Positions 48,393 through 61,800 of a DNA stretch of 64,000 bases are shown in pieces. Where the stretch lies: NCBI GenBank assembly GCA_964016885.1, contig OZ024742.1, forward strand, positions 27,528,001 to 27,592,000. The letters are read 5' to 3'. The translations under genes were made by a program, and so were the position numbers. Source of the stretch: Eledone cirrhosa. Its lineage: Eukaryota. Positions within the stretch are counted from its first letter, which is position 1, and each line of letters begins with the position of its first letter. The notes beneath the pieces are model-generated. The model was not told the DNA's origin. It worked only from the letters and a program-made list of their open reading frames with translations, and searched no databases.

Positions 48393-49718
48393 GTATAAAA
48401 ATCAATACAATATAATTACCTCATTACCAGAGGTTTCCCGAATGAGGCGAATACGAAAGAAACGTCTTCATTCGTTCGTCAGACGAGGCAATATAAAACA
48501 TGGCTAAATACTTGGAAAGTCTCATCAAGAAAAGCAAAAAAAATTATATAAATATAGACAAATGAATTACAAGAGCCATATGAAATATATAAAAATCTTT
48601 CAAGAAATATAGTTAGGTGTGTGTATATGTATGTATATACGCTCACAGATGTACATATGTGTGTATGTACAAATGTGTACGTATAGTGAAAAAGTGTGCG
48701 TAAATATATGTGTTAGGGCAAGTGTATCTGTGTATCTGCAACTACAGAAAGACATGATGTGGTTTTATGTTTGGCAGGTACACAGAAAAATAGGGTATTA
48801 GATACATTATAAGAATATGAAGGCACGCGTATAAACACACCCACACGCACGTACACTTATATGCGGAAGTAAAAGAGGTAAGGGAGTGTAATAATTAAAA
48901 GAAAGTATCATTCTCGATATATTTATAAAAATGGAACAATAATTTAGAAAGAAAAAATTAAAGAAAAGAAGACAAACAAGGTACACGCGTACACATACAC
49001 GTATATCTACAAGAAACGTATATCTATAAGAAATATATATATATACACGCAAAATACGTGCAGACAAAAGCGTATGCAAGCACATCTACACACACAGGAT
49101 GCACATATATACGCATATACGCCTCGCCCCATGTATATCTAATCACGCGCACGCACGTGACTGTATACACACTCACACACACACACAAACATATACATGG
49201 TTATATACATACGCACACTTACACATCCATACATTCGGTACGTACACACACACACACACACATACATACACTCACGCATATTGACCTGTTTACATGCACA
49301 CGCATAAAAATGAGGATGTAAAAAAAAGAAGAAAAAACAAAACAAAAAACATAGATGTAAAAACACGGATATAAAGACACATATACATACACACACATAT
49401 ATATATATATATATACACGCACGCGCGCGCACATACGTAGGCGTTCGTGTACATATATAGAAAGTATACATACATTAAGGCGCTCAGACACATAGATACA
49501 GGGTGTAAAAAGCCTTGTGGATAAGTAAGTACAAATATAAAATTATAAGATTGGCTGCGAACTAATAAAAAATATCTGGAGTGGAAAACGCAAGTGAACT
49601 CCGTAACAGTTAGTGAAGAAAATAGGGAAGTAAAAAGTGGAAAGTGAAGATATTAGGTAAGTGAATCGGAGAATAAGGGGTGGGGTGGGGGGTTATTGGT
49701 GGATGTGAAGTAAAAAAA

Positions 49719-49749
<31 letters not shown>

Positions 49750-51185
49750 AAATAAAATAAAAAAAATAAAAAATAAAAATAAAAATAAAAATGAAATTAA
49801 TAATAAGGATAAAAATGAAAGTAAATCAGAAAGGGTAGTTATAAAGAGAATAATAAGAGTTTATGGAGGATAAGTATCTGAAAGTGTGTTAAGTTTATAT
49901 GAGCTGGAAAGCAGGTGTGATTTCATGTGTGGGCAACTGGTGAAAATTTCTGTCTTTGTGTTCAGGCAGGTCTTTGGTGATTTAAGATTTTGCAAGATCC
50001 AATATTTTTCATTCATGCAGAGCGTGCATTTTCTTGTTCCTCTTGCATATTCTTTAGATTGGTTCAAAATTGACCAATCCAATTTATATTGGATACCTTG
50101 GTCTTTCAAATCCCATATTCTGCTAGCCAGAGCTGTTGTAAATCTTTTTTCTGGATGTCGAAAGGATGCGACATGTGAGTAATAACGCGTTTTGAATTTG
50201 TCTTGCGTCATACCCACATATTGTTCACTGGTGGCTGGATGGTTGTTGCTGATGGTTGTCACTTTAGCCGCATATACAATGGCTTTGGTGTTGCATTTAC
50301 CTTGTAATGGGCATTCACTTTTGATTCTACAGGAGCAATTTTGATGTTCTCTTGGTGATTTTTTGTTGATGATATAGGACTTAATAGGGGGACCGCAGGA
50401 ATAGCTAATTTTGACACAGTTTCTATTAAAGATCTTATAGTATCTATGTGTTCTAGGGAAATGTTTATCTAGGAGCTCTAGGAATTTTTTGCCTACATTA
50501 GTTTTAACTGCTAGAGAGTAGGGGGTGTGAACCAGATTATTTTTCTTTTCCTGTTTTTATGTTTAATAGAGTTAGTATAGTTGGGTATGTATTTAATCGG
50601 TTCGCTAAAACCGCTATTATGGAGGGCTTTATTATAGTAGGGGGATGCCTTATTAAAAATAGCTTCTGAGGAAGAGAGGGTGGAGATCCTACGGCTAATA
50701 TTAGGGATAAGGTTTTTAAAAACTATAGGAGGATGGCAAGAGCCTTTATTTATATATTTTAAGTTTTCATTAGGTTTATGGTATGGTTTATAAGAAGCAG
50801 TAGGCAAATCTTGGTTTATATCTAGGAAATCTACATTGGAAAGGTTAGTGTCAATAGTAATTTTAAGATTAAAACTAGCGAAGGTTTTTATTAAGTCTTT
50901 CCTTAATCTATCTAAGTTATGGCCTATGGTGGTATGGGAAAGTATTAGACCATCGTCGCGATAAAGCCCCAAAATATGTTTAGGAAATTTTTCTGTGTAG
51001 GAGGAATAGGCCGACCAAATCACAAACATCAGCACTGTCATAAAAGACCATTGAGACATCGAATGGGCTCTCTGGGTTAGATATTTTTACCCAAGTGTCA
51101 TTATCAGTAAAGAGTAGAGTGTTTCTAGCGTGCAAGATGACATTCTCTTCAATATCGGAGATATTAGTAAACCTTCTAGCGAAAT

Positions 51186-51921
51186 TGAATACATACCCAA
51201 CTATACTAACTCTATTAAACATAAAAACAGGAAAAGCAAAATAATCTGGTTCACACCCCCCTACTCTCTAGCAGTTAAAACTAATGTAGGCAAAAAATTC
51301 CTAGAGCTCCTAGATAAACATTTCCCTAGAACACATAGATACTATAAGATCTTTAATAGAAACTGTGTCAAAATTAGCTATTCCTGCGGTCCCCCTATTA
51401 AGTCCTATATCATCAACAAAAAATCACCAAGAGAACATCAAAATTGCTCCTGTAGAATCAAAAGTGAATGCCCATTACAAGGTAAATGCAACACCAAAGC
51501 CATTGTATATGCGGCTAAAGTGACAACCATCAGCAACAACCATCCAGCCACCAGTGAACGATATGTAGGTATGACGCAAGACAAATTCAAAACGCGTTAT
51601 TACTCACATGTCGCATCCTTTCGACATCCAGAAAAAAGATTTACAACAGCTCTGGCTAGCAGAATATGGGATTTGAAAGACCAAGGTATCCAATATAAAT
51701 TGGATTGGTCAATTTTGAACCAATCTAAAGAATATGCAAGAGGAACAAGAAAATGCACGCTCTGCATAAATGAAAAATATTGGATCTTGCAAAATCTTAA
51801 ATCACCAAAGACCTGCCTGAACACAAAGACAGAAATTTTCACCAGTTGCTCACACATGAAATCACACCTGCTTTCCAGCTCATATAAACTTAACACACTT
51901 TCAGATACTTATCCTCCATAA
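51186..51921 (+). pseudogene. PLE GIY-YIG endonuclease region (mirror copy on the minus strand, 49861-50597)
   Basis: IIWFTPPY, CSCRIKSECPLQGKC, IVYAAKV..YVGMT..FKTRY, CTLCINEK..LN...E...C.H. Confidence 0.85.
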
Positions 51922-52514
51922 ACTCTTATTATTCTCTTTATAACTACCCTTTCTGATTTACTTTCATTTTTATCCTTATTATTATTTTCATTTTTATTTT
52001 TATCTTTATTTATTTATTTATTTTTTTTTTTATTATTTTTTTTATTTTATTTATTATTTTTTTTTTAATTTTTACTTCACATCCACCAATAACCCCCCAC
52101 CCCCCTTATTCTCCGATTCACTTACCTAATATCTTCACTTTCCACTTTATACTTCCCTATTTTCTTCACTAATTGATTAAACAGGTCACATGTGTTTTCC
52201 ACTTCAGATATTTTTTATTATTTCGCAGCCAATTTTATAATTTTATATTTGTACTGACTTATCCACAAGGCTTTTTACACCCTGTATCTATGTGTCTGAG
52301 CGCCTTAATGTATGTATACTTTCTATATATGTACACGAACGCCTACGTATGTGCGCGCGCATGCGTGCATATATATATATATATGTGTGTATGTATATGT
52401 GTCTTTATATCCGTGTTTTTACATCTATGTTTTTTGTTTTGTTTTTTTCTTCTTTTTTTTTACATCCTCATTTTTATGCGTGTGCATGTAAACAGGTCAA
52501 TATGCGTGAGTGTA

Positions 52515-52554
<40 letters not shown>

Positions 52555-53303
52555 TACCGAATGTATGGATGTGTAAGTGTGCGTATGTATATAACCATGT
52601 ATATGTTTGTGTGTGTGTGCGAGTGTGTATACAGTCACGTGCGTGCGCGTGATTAGATATACATTGGACGAGGCGTATATGCGTATATATGTGCATCCTG
52701 TGTGTGTAGATGTGCTTGCATACGCTTTTGTCTGCACGTATTTTGCGTGTATATATATATATTTCTTATAGATATACGTTTCTTGTAGATATACGTGTAT
52801 GTGTACGCGTGTACCTTGTTTGTCTTCTTTTCTTTAATTTTTTCTTTCTAAATTATTGTTCCATTTTTATAAATATATCGAGAATGATACTTTCTTTTAA
52901 TTATTACACTCCCTTACCTCTTTTACTTTCGCATATAAGTGTACGTGCGTGTGGGTGTGTTTATACGCGTGCCTTCATATTCTTATAATGTATCTAATAC
53001 CCTATTTTTCTGTGTACCTGCCAAACATAAAACCACATCATGTCTTTCTGTAGTTGCAGATACACAGATACACTTGCCCAAACACATATATTTACGCACA
53101 CCTTTTCACTATACGTACACATTTGTACATACACACATATGTACATCTGTGAGCGTATATACATACATATACACACACCTAACTATATTTCTTGAAAGAT
53201 TTTTATATACTTCATATGGCTATTGTAATTCATTTGTCTATATTTATATAATTTTTTTTGCTTTTCTTGATGAGACTTTCGAAGTATTTAGTCATGTTTT
53301 ATA

Positions 53304-53379
53304 TTGCCTCGTCTGACGAACGAATGAAGACGTTTCTTTCGTATTCGCCTCATTCGGGAAACCTCTGGTAATGAGGTAA
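53304..53379 (+). ncRNA. Type I hammerhead ribozyme motif (mirror at 48416-48491 -)
   Basis: ttgcctcgt-CTGACGA-cgaatga/tcattcg-GAAA-cctctgg-TA-atgaggtaa; 9-bp stem I, GUA triplet. Confidence 0.8.
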
Positions 53380-53576
53380 TTATATTGTATTGATTTTTAT
53401 ACATTAAATTTTGCTCTGGTACTTACATAGAGCACTCTTCACTTCTATGACCTTTTCTGTTTTCAACGGAAATTTCAATACCTATATATATATATATATA
53501 TGCATACATATTTGCATACATGTATATCTATCTATATCAATATATATATGTATGTATATCTCTATATCTATCTATC

Positions 53577-53610
<34 letters not shown>

Positions 53611-53774
53611 TTTGTGTAGATGTATATATATATATATCTACATATATATATATATCATCATCACCACCATCGTTTAACATCCATGATGGTGATATATCTA
53701 TATATCTATATATATACATATATATGTATAAGTGTGTGTGTGTATGTATATATGTATATATATGTATATATATG

Positions 53775-53805
<31 letters not shown>

Positions 53806-53946
53806 TATGTGAAATAGTGAAGTTGATCGAAAAAAGTATACAGTTACCTGGAACGTCTTCATTCCCCAAGCCTTCTAATTCGCCTTCTGAAAAAGATGGT
53901 GTAAAAGAAACATAGTTGAATTATATGTGTGAGAGTATGAGAGAGT

Positions 53947-55000
53947 GGACATAGAGGGGTGGGGAGGATTTTGTGGGGGTAGGGGAGAATGAGACTGCAG
54001 AGAGGGGGACTTGATGGGTGGGGAGGATTGTGTGGGGGTAGGGGAGAATGAGACTGCATAGAGTGGGACATAGATATATAGGGGAGGATTATGTGGGGGT
54101 AGGGGCGAATGAGGCTGCATAGAGGGGAACATAGACGGGTGGGGAGGATTATGTGGGGGTAGGAGAGAATGATACTGCATAGAGGGGGACATAGAGGGTG
54201 GGGAGGATTATGTGGGGGTAGGGGAGAATGAGGCTGCATAGAGAGGTAGGGAGAATGAGATTATGTGGGGGTGTAGGCGAGAAAAAGGCAGCAGAAGAGG
54301 GGACATGGATGGGTAGGGGAGGATGAGATTATGTGGGGGTAGGGGAGGATAGGATTATGTGGGGGTGTAGGAGTGACAGAGGCAGCAGAAGAGAGGGACA
54401 TAGAGCGGTGGGTGAGGTTGAGATTATGTGGGGGTAGGGAAACAGAGGCAGCAGAAGAGGGGACATGGAGGGGTGGGGGAGGATGAGATTATGTGGGGGT
54501 AGGGTAGACAAACGCAGCAGAAGGGTAATTATCTTAGAGAGGGGGACAGAGAAAATCAGGGGAGTTTGTGAATGTGTGGGTGAGGGAACAGAAAATGGGA
54601 GAGGGAAGATGAGATTGTGTGGATGAGGGGCGGAGAGGGGGTAGGAGGATGAGATTGTGCGGGTGACGGGGGGGGAAGCAGGGGGGGGATTGTGTGGGTG
54701 AGGGGGGAGAAGGGGGAGAAGAGGAGGGGTTGTGGAGATTGAGATTGTGTGGGTGAGGGGGAGAAGGAGAGGGGGTTGGGGTGGATGTGATTGTGTGGCT
54801 GGGTGAGGGACAGAGGTGTAGGGGAGGATGAAATTATATTGAGGTGGGAGAGGATGTGATTGTATGTGTGAGTGGGACAGAGAGAGGTAGAGTGAGAATG
54901 AGATTGTATGGGGCGAGGGGGATAGGTGTGGGGGATCATGTTATTCTGTGGGTGAGGGTGAGAGAGAGAGGGGTAGGGGAAGAAGGGGAGACTAAGGCAG
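53947..55000. repeat. G-rich ~60-bp minisatellite decaying rightwards
   Basis: Unit ggacatagagggtggggaggattatgtgggggtaggggagaatgagactgcatagaggg, about 5 good copies then degenerate units. Confidence 0.85.
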
Positions 55001-55531
55001 GGGCAAATGAATGAAATTTTGTGAGTGTGTGTGGGGGGGATTGTGTGACAGGGAGGGAGAAGGTGAAAATGAGGGTGGTAAGGGCAGATTTAGTGAGGGA
55101 GTGATAAATACATGGGGGGGGGGGTAAAAGATTGTGATGGTGGGAGTGAAGAACAAGAAGGTAAGAGTGATAGGATTTCTGATATATAGGGGTGGGCATG
55201 GAGAATAAGAGGGAGAGAGAGAGAGATGCAAAGACAGAGTGGGTACATATGTGTGAGAGAGAAAGAGAGAGAGGTAGGCCATATGTAGATGTTGTGAGAA
55301 ACAATATGAGAGACAGAGAGAGAGTATGACATAAGAGAAAGTGGTGTGTAGAAATGTGAAAGAATGTAAAAGTGAGAGAGAGAGAGAGATAATTTATGCA
55401 TGTGAGGAGTGACAGGAGGAGGAGAATAGAGAAAGAGATAATTTGTGTTTGAGATTTTAAGTATGTATGTGTGTCCATATGACCATGTCTGTTATATATA
55501 TGTATATATATATATACATGTATATATATAT

Positions 55532-55563
<32 letters not shown>

Positions 55564-55564
<1 letters not shown>

Positions 55565-56160
55565 GTGGCTGCCAACTCGTTTTCGAGAATGGCCACTACT
55601 TTATATCCATGTAGGAGAACCCCTACCGATGCGCTGAACGAGTGTGACTTTTTAGTCCAGCCAGTGACTTAAAAACTCTGGTACAAACACTACACTTGTG
55701 ACAATTATTGACACATAGTGCTGGGCTCATGGTACCATCTGATGACAAGTGCAGAGAGATCTCCAGATATAAAGCAATGCCTGTGCCGTGAAGCTTTTAT
55801 AGTGAGCAAAGGCACTGCACAAAGCCAGTCCCACTCTCTTAACCAAGATGATATTTACCAAAAAGAAGAACAAGTCAACATCATTGGATACCATCAGGAT
55901 TGCAGGTGTTATATCAGAGTTTTCCTTCTTCTAGAATTCTGCCTTGACAAAGGCTAAGGGGTCATCTCTCCCGGTGATTTTGGATGGCTATTGACTCTTA
56001 AGAGCTCCTTTGCCCTTTGACAGGTTTTGTTTTTAATCCTGCAGGATGTCCAAAGTCACCCTCCTCACCAAGAAACCTTGGTGGGGTTGCCAGTTTAGTC
56101 GCCAACGACCCGACCATGAGAGAGGTTGTACTGGGATACATGTTACCAGTAGCACCAACT
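55564..56160 (-). mobile_element. ~600-bp non-coding TA-flanked interspersed element (copy 2)
   Basis: Homologous to 19846-20456. Confidence 0.75.
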
Positions 56161-56203
56161 ACTATATATATATACATGTACATATATATACATGTATATA
56201 TAT

Positions 56204-56234
<31 letters not shown>

Positions 56235-56244
56235 CATGTAAATA

Positions 56245-56560
56245 TAGGGTGGTTGTTGTTGTTTCTATCATTAGCATTATTATTATTGTTATGATTGCTA
56301 GATGTATTGTTGTTTACTTCACCGTTATTGTTGTTGTTGTTACTGTTATTTCTACCATTGTGGTTGTTACTTTTATTATGTTTATTGTTTTTGTTGTGTC
56401 TATCATTGATGTTGCTACATGTACTATTTCCATTATTACCACTGTGGTTATTGTTGTTGTTGTTCGTATTGTTACCGTTATTACTACTGTGGTCGCTGTT
56501 GCTGTGTCTGTGGTTAATGTTTCTATTATTATTATTATTGTGGTTGTTGTTGTTCTGTCT
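56245..56560. repeat. Degenerate (TTG/TTA)n trinucleotide tract
   Basis: Direct reading. Confidence 0.85.
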
Positions 56561-56684
56561 ATCGCTAGTCCCAGCTGACAAAACATGTAAATATATATAC
56601 ATGTATATATATATATATACATGTACATATATATACATGTATACATATATAATGTGTACAAATAATTTAAATATATATATATAT

Positions 56685-56979
56685 ACAGAAGACCCGACCC
56701 CCCATGGGTACAAGCCGAAGCTGAAGCATATAGACAATATAACCCCACACCCTCCCACTGCAAAGTGGTCGTGGAGGTGCCACGGCAAAAAAGCACCCAG
56801 CCCACACCGTAAATGAGGTTGGTGTTAGGAAGGGCATCCAGCTGTAGAAATCAAGCCAGAATCAGTTCCCGTATGAGCAAGACAAGGTCAGCCGACTGGA
56901 CAATGCCCACAACAGGACAACCCGTCTAACCCATGCTAGCATGGAAGAACGGACATAAAAAAATGTTGATGATGATGAT
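56685..56979 (+). mobile_element. RTE-type 3' end with (GAT)n tail
   Basis: gaagacccgacc...ggttggtgttaggaagggcatccagctgtagaaa...aacccatgctagcatgga. Confidence 0.7.
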
Positions 56980-57769
56980 TACAGGCTGCCCATGTTTTTA
57001 TCTTCCTCTCCACCACATCACCCTCTGTGTTCCCAATATTTGCTCCCAGATACAGGAAGTCTTCAACCAGCGCTAGTGGTTACCCACACACATTCATAAT
57101 CTTCTCTGGCTCCTTGATGTTCTCTACCAGATACTACATCTTACTCACATTCATTCTCAGCCCCACACTCGTTGACACAGTCTCCACCTCTTGTATCAAC
57201 TCCTCAGCCTCCTTCACTGTGTTTGTCACCAGCATCTGATATCTTTTTAGCTTTAACTCTCCTGCTCTGAGTTTGAGGTCGGTGTGGCAGTCAGACCATC
57301 ATAAAGACCTGAAGATCTGTCTCTTTGTTGCTAGAGTGGAGTCTGTGCTGTTGCACGGGTCTGAGACTTCAACACTGACCAAGGGACCCGCTCAGATGGT
57401 GGATGGGGGCTATACAAGGAAACTGAGGATGGCTCTGAATATTAATCAGTATACACTGAGGATGAAGAATTCAGAGCTGTATGGGAGCCTCCAAAAAGTC
57501 AGCTTAACAGCAATACAGATGAGACTGAGGTTAGCTGGATATGCTCACCGGCATTCAGGATTGACACTGCATTGAGTGGTCCTGTTTGAGCTCCTACACA
57601 AACACACTGGAAGAGGGAGGCCGAGGATGACATATGTTGCTGCCCTAAGGACAGATACTAGTCTCTGGAAGATGCAGGGCATAGCGGCGATGATGAAGGA
57701 CAGAGATCGCTGGAGAGAACTTATCCATGGATTTGGGAATTTTACCTGCCTCAGATAGATAGATAGATA
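56980..57769 (+). mobile_element. Old RTE-like LINE fragment with an inverted 5' segment and (GATA)n tail
   Basis: Minus 57240-56980 reads VTNTVKEAEELIQEVETVSTSVGLRMNVSK..EDFLYLGANI..KTWAAC; plus from about 57270 reads LRSVWQS..ESVLLHGSET..RLRLAGY..GRGRPRMTY. Confidence 0.75.
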
Positions 57770-57771
57770 TG

Positions 57772-57900
57772 TCATCATCATCACTTTACGTCTGCTTTTC
57801 CCTGCTTGCAAGGGTGGGACGAGAACTGATTCTGGCTTGATTTCTACAGCTGGATGCCCTTCCTAGCACCAACTTCATTTACAGTGAGTGCTGGGTGCTT
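57772..57900 (-). mobile_element. RTE-type 3' tail fragment
   Basis: catcatcatca..cgtctgcttttccctgcttgcaagggtggg..tctacagctggatgcccttcc. Confidence 0.6.
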
Positions 57901-57962
57901 TTCTTGCCGTGGCACCTCCACGACCACTTTGCAGTGGAATGATAGGGACCACAGTCCCTATC

Positions 57963-58107
57963 ATCTCATTTCTACAGCTGAGTAAACTGGAGCAATGTGA
58001 AATAAAGTGTCTTGCTCAAGGAAACAACACATCACCCGGTCTGAGAATTGAATTCACAACCTTTCGATTGCAAGGCCAATGCTCTAACCACTTAGCCATG
58101 GGCCTCC
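57963..58107 (-). mobile_element. tRNA-derived SINE head with CORE-like domain
   Basis: tggctaagtggttagagca A-box, gaattcaattc B-box-like, then ccttgagcaagacactt. Confidence 0.65.
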
Positions 58108-58312
58108 ATTTGTATATATGTATGTATATATATTGTTATATTTGGGGAGGGTCATATTGTTGTAATAATATTGCCAGAATTAATAACAGAACACACTCAC
58201 TGTTTGGTTGGTTTTCGCTTCTGTATCTTTTATATCAGTTAATTTAATTTATTCGGTCCTCAATGTTTACCATTGACTGACCAACGGTCAAAAATACAGA
58301 TATAATATAGAC

Positions 58313-58380
<68 letters not shown>

Positions 58381-58865
58381 ATAAACCCTACAAGTAATCA
58401 CATTCGCCAAATTCATGGCTGCTTTCACGGTATAATGTAATGTAATGTACACATTTTTCTTCCATTTCTCCACTCCATTTCATTCCTTAGTCCACCCATC
58501 CGACAATTCTCTAGCATTTTTATTTGTTATTTCGAGGACCGTATTTAAACTCTTAATTCCCGCTCCTTACTATCTTCTCCCCCTCCCCTACATCATGCAG
58601 GTTCGCGGTCAGCCCCCCCCCCCCCCCACTCTACGAGGATCTTATTTAAACCTTACCTTCTAGCTAACAACTCAACATCCCTCCCGCCCGCCCCCACGCA
58701 CCACCATTATTATTACGTGGACCAATCATAAGTCAGAGGTCTATACTATCGCTTACCTGGTTGCCTTTCGATATGATTGATGGATGGACTATGGAATTCT
58801 GGAGAGTTGAAGAGAGAAAGATCTGGACGCTCAGCGACAATGACAAAGATAAAGATAAAGACAAA

Positions 58866-61800
58866 TTCACCTCGTGGACGAGAATGCGAGCACTCCTCCT
58901 CTTTGTTTCGGCCGCGGATGGCTAACATAACCCCATCTCCCCCTGTGCCCCACCGCTCCCACCCTCCAAACGCAATCCAAAACTTCAGAGTTGGTACCAT
59001 GAATGTAGGCACCTTAAAGGGTCGCTCTAATAAGGTTGTAGAAATGCTTGAACGTAAGGAGGGCGATGTTTGTTGTATTCAAGAGACCAGGTGGAGGGGT
59101 GGGTCTGCTTGATTCATTATGGGTAAAAAACGATGCTATAAGCTTTTCTGGGTGGGAAATGACAATGGTCTGGGTGGAGTAAGAATCCTGGTAGCAGAAA
59201 AGTGGGCAGATAAGATAATAGACGTAAATAGAATGAACGACAGAATAATTAATATAAGACGTGTTCTCAATAGAACTACAGTGACAGTAATATCTGCGTA
59301 CGCACCCCAATCCGGACTGCCCGGCACTATAAAAGACAGATTCTATGAGTCACTGATGCTCACTACCTCCCAAATAACCGACAGTGACTATATAATTATT
59401 GCATGCGACCTAAATGGTCACGTTGGACAGCATTGTGACGGCTACGACGGAATCCATGGAGGCTATGGGTTTGGTACTAGAAATGAGGAAGACTCCAGAA
59501 TCCTGGAATTCTGTGACGCAAATAACCTAACTATCTGTAAAACTAACTTCAAAAAATGAGACAATCACTTGATCACCTACAGATCAGGGGAACATACCAG
59601 CCAGGTAGATTTTATCCTTACCAGAAGACGTGACAGAGTGTCTGTTGTAAACACTAAATCCCTCCCCCATGAAGAATGCACCTCCCAACATAGACTGATA
59701 ATTATCGACCTAATAGTCAGGACGAGACGTACTAGACAGCAGAAGAGGACTATCCTCAGGAGAAAAATATGGAAGCTAAAGGACCCCACAGTCAGAAATA
59801 AATTTAAAAGCATACTACTTGATGCTTTCGACAGTAAGGAAGAGCAATTAGAGTCGTACAATATAGAGGAACAGTGGGAATTCCTGAAAGCAAACCTGCT
59901 GAAGGCGGCAGACAAAGTCTGTGGCTGGAGCAGGCCTGTAGGCAGGAGGAGAGTAACATGGTGGTGGAACAGTAAGGTGGAGGGGTCAATTAAGGCTAAA
60001 ATGCAGGCTTGGAAAGTATCGCGGGATGGGGGAAGTAGAGAAGACTATCAAGTGGCCAGGAGGGAAGCTAGAAGACAAGTGTACTTCGCAATAAGGGAAG
60101 CAGAGGAAAGAAAGTTCAAGCATGTTCTACAACGCGAGGACCAAAAACGTGAGGTGTTCAGGATTGCTAGGCAATGTGTCAAGGAAAACCGTGATATTGT
60201 CGGGGAGAAGTGTGTACTTAATGATGACGGCATACTTGCCATCACCGACGCTGATAAGAAGGTAGCTTGGAAGTGTCACTACGAAAGGCTACTAAATGAG
60301 GAGAATAAATGGGAGAAAGACAGTCTCCCCCACATCGACCCAATAGAGGGACCAGCAGTGTTAGTCGAGGATAGTATAATAAGTAAGGCAATCAAAGATA
60401 TGAAGACGGGTAAGGCGGCTGGGCCTTCGGAAATAGTTGCTGAGATGCTGAAGGCATCTGGAACGGTGGGACACACCATGGTCACCCGGATAGTTAACTA
60501 AGTCGTACAGAATGGGGTTGTTCTGAAGGACTGGCGTAGCAGCATCATCATTAACTGTTATAAGGGTAAAGGAGATGCTCTAGATAAGAGTAACTATAGA
60601 GGCATTAAATTAATCGACCAGGTCATGAAGGTCACGGAAAAAGTAATAGCGCAACTAATCAGAGAGAGAATTGATCTAGATGAAATGCAGTTCGTGTTTG
60701 TGTCAGGCAAAAGTACCACAGACGCTCTTTTCATTGTACGACAACTACAGGAGAAGTACCTAGCTAAAAGTAAAACCCCTATACTTAGCTTTTGTCGACT
60801 TGGAGAAAGCCTTCGACAGAGTCCCCTGTTCCATTATCTGGTGGGCTCTTAGAAAACTAGGTGTTGATGAATGGCTTGTGAGAGCTATACAAGCCATGTA
60901 TAAAGAAACAGTCAGCAAGGTTAGAATTAACAACGAATATAGTGAAGAGTTTAGCGTAAAAGTTGGTGTCCATCAGGGCTCTGTTCTTAGCCCCCTACTA
61001 TTTATTATTGCCCTTCAGGCTATAACAGAGGAGTTCAAGACCGGCTGCCCATGGGAACTCCTATATGCAGATGACCTAACACTCATAGCTGAATCAATGG
61101 CCGAACTAGAGAAGAAATTCCAAACATGGAAGCACAGCCTAGAATCAAAAGGCCTTAAAATTAACCTGGCTAAGACTAAAGTTCTAGTTTGTAAGAAAGA
61201 AAATAAGGCGGCGGTCCCTTCCGGGAAGTGGCCATGCTCAGTGTGTAGGAAAGGCATAGGTAGAAACTCCATTTTATGTCCCAAATGCAAAGTATGGGTG
61301 CATAAAAGATGTAGTGGGATCACAGGTAAGCTAACTAAGAACATAAATTTTACATGTGGCCGGTGCTCTGGTGCAATAAGTAGCAGCAAGTGCCCACAAA
61401 ATACTAGCTCCTTCAACTGCGCATAGGGTTCTATAGAAATAGTGGACAGCTTCCATTACCTGGGTGACAAAATCAGCAGTGGGGGAGGGTGCTCTGAAAG
61501 TACAGTAGCTAGAGTCAGAACTGGATGGAAAAAGTTCAGAGAGCTTATACCACTATTAGTCGCTAAAGGGTTCTCCCTAAAAATGAAAGGCAGGTTGTAT
61601 GATGCCTGCATACGAACAGCAATGTTGCATGGCAGTGAGACCTGGGCATTGTGTGCAGAGGATATACGCAGACTAGAGAGGAACGAAGCTTGCATGCTCC
61701 ACTGGATGTGTAATAGTAATATACGTGAACGGCAAATCATAAACGAACTAAGGAAAAAATTAGAAATAAGAGGGATCAGATGTTGTTTACTCGAAAGAAG

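Larger units (their letters stand above)
48389..53482. mobile_element. Fold-back PLE family G: ~2.2-kb inverted arms around an RT remnant, plus tail (Naiad-like, tentative)
   Basis: Arms 48389-50597 and 51184-53406, tail 53407-53482; the minus-strand spacer has FDVSMVFYDSADVCDLVGL and LYRDDGL. Confidence 0.9.

Noticed and set aside
56162-56816. Asn-, Leu- or Val-rich ORFs
   Set aside because: Products of a degenerate trinucleotide tract.
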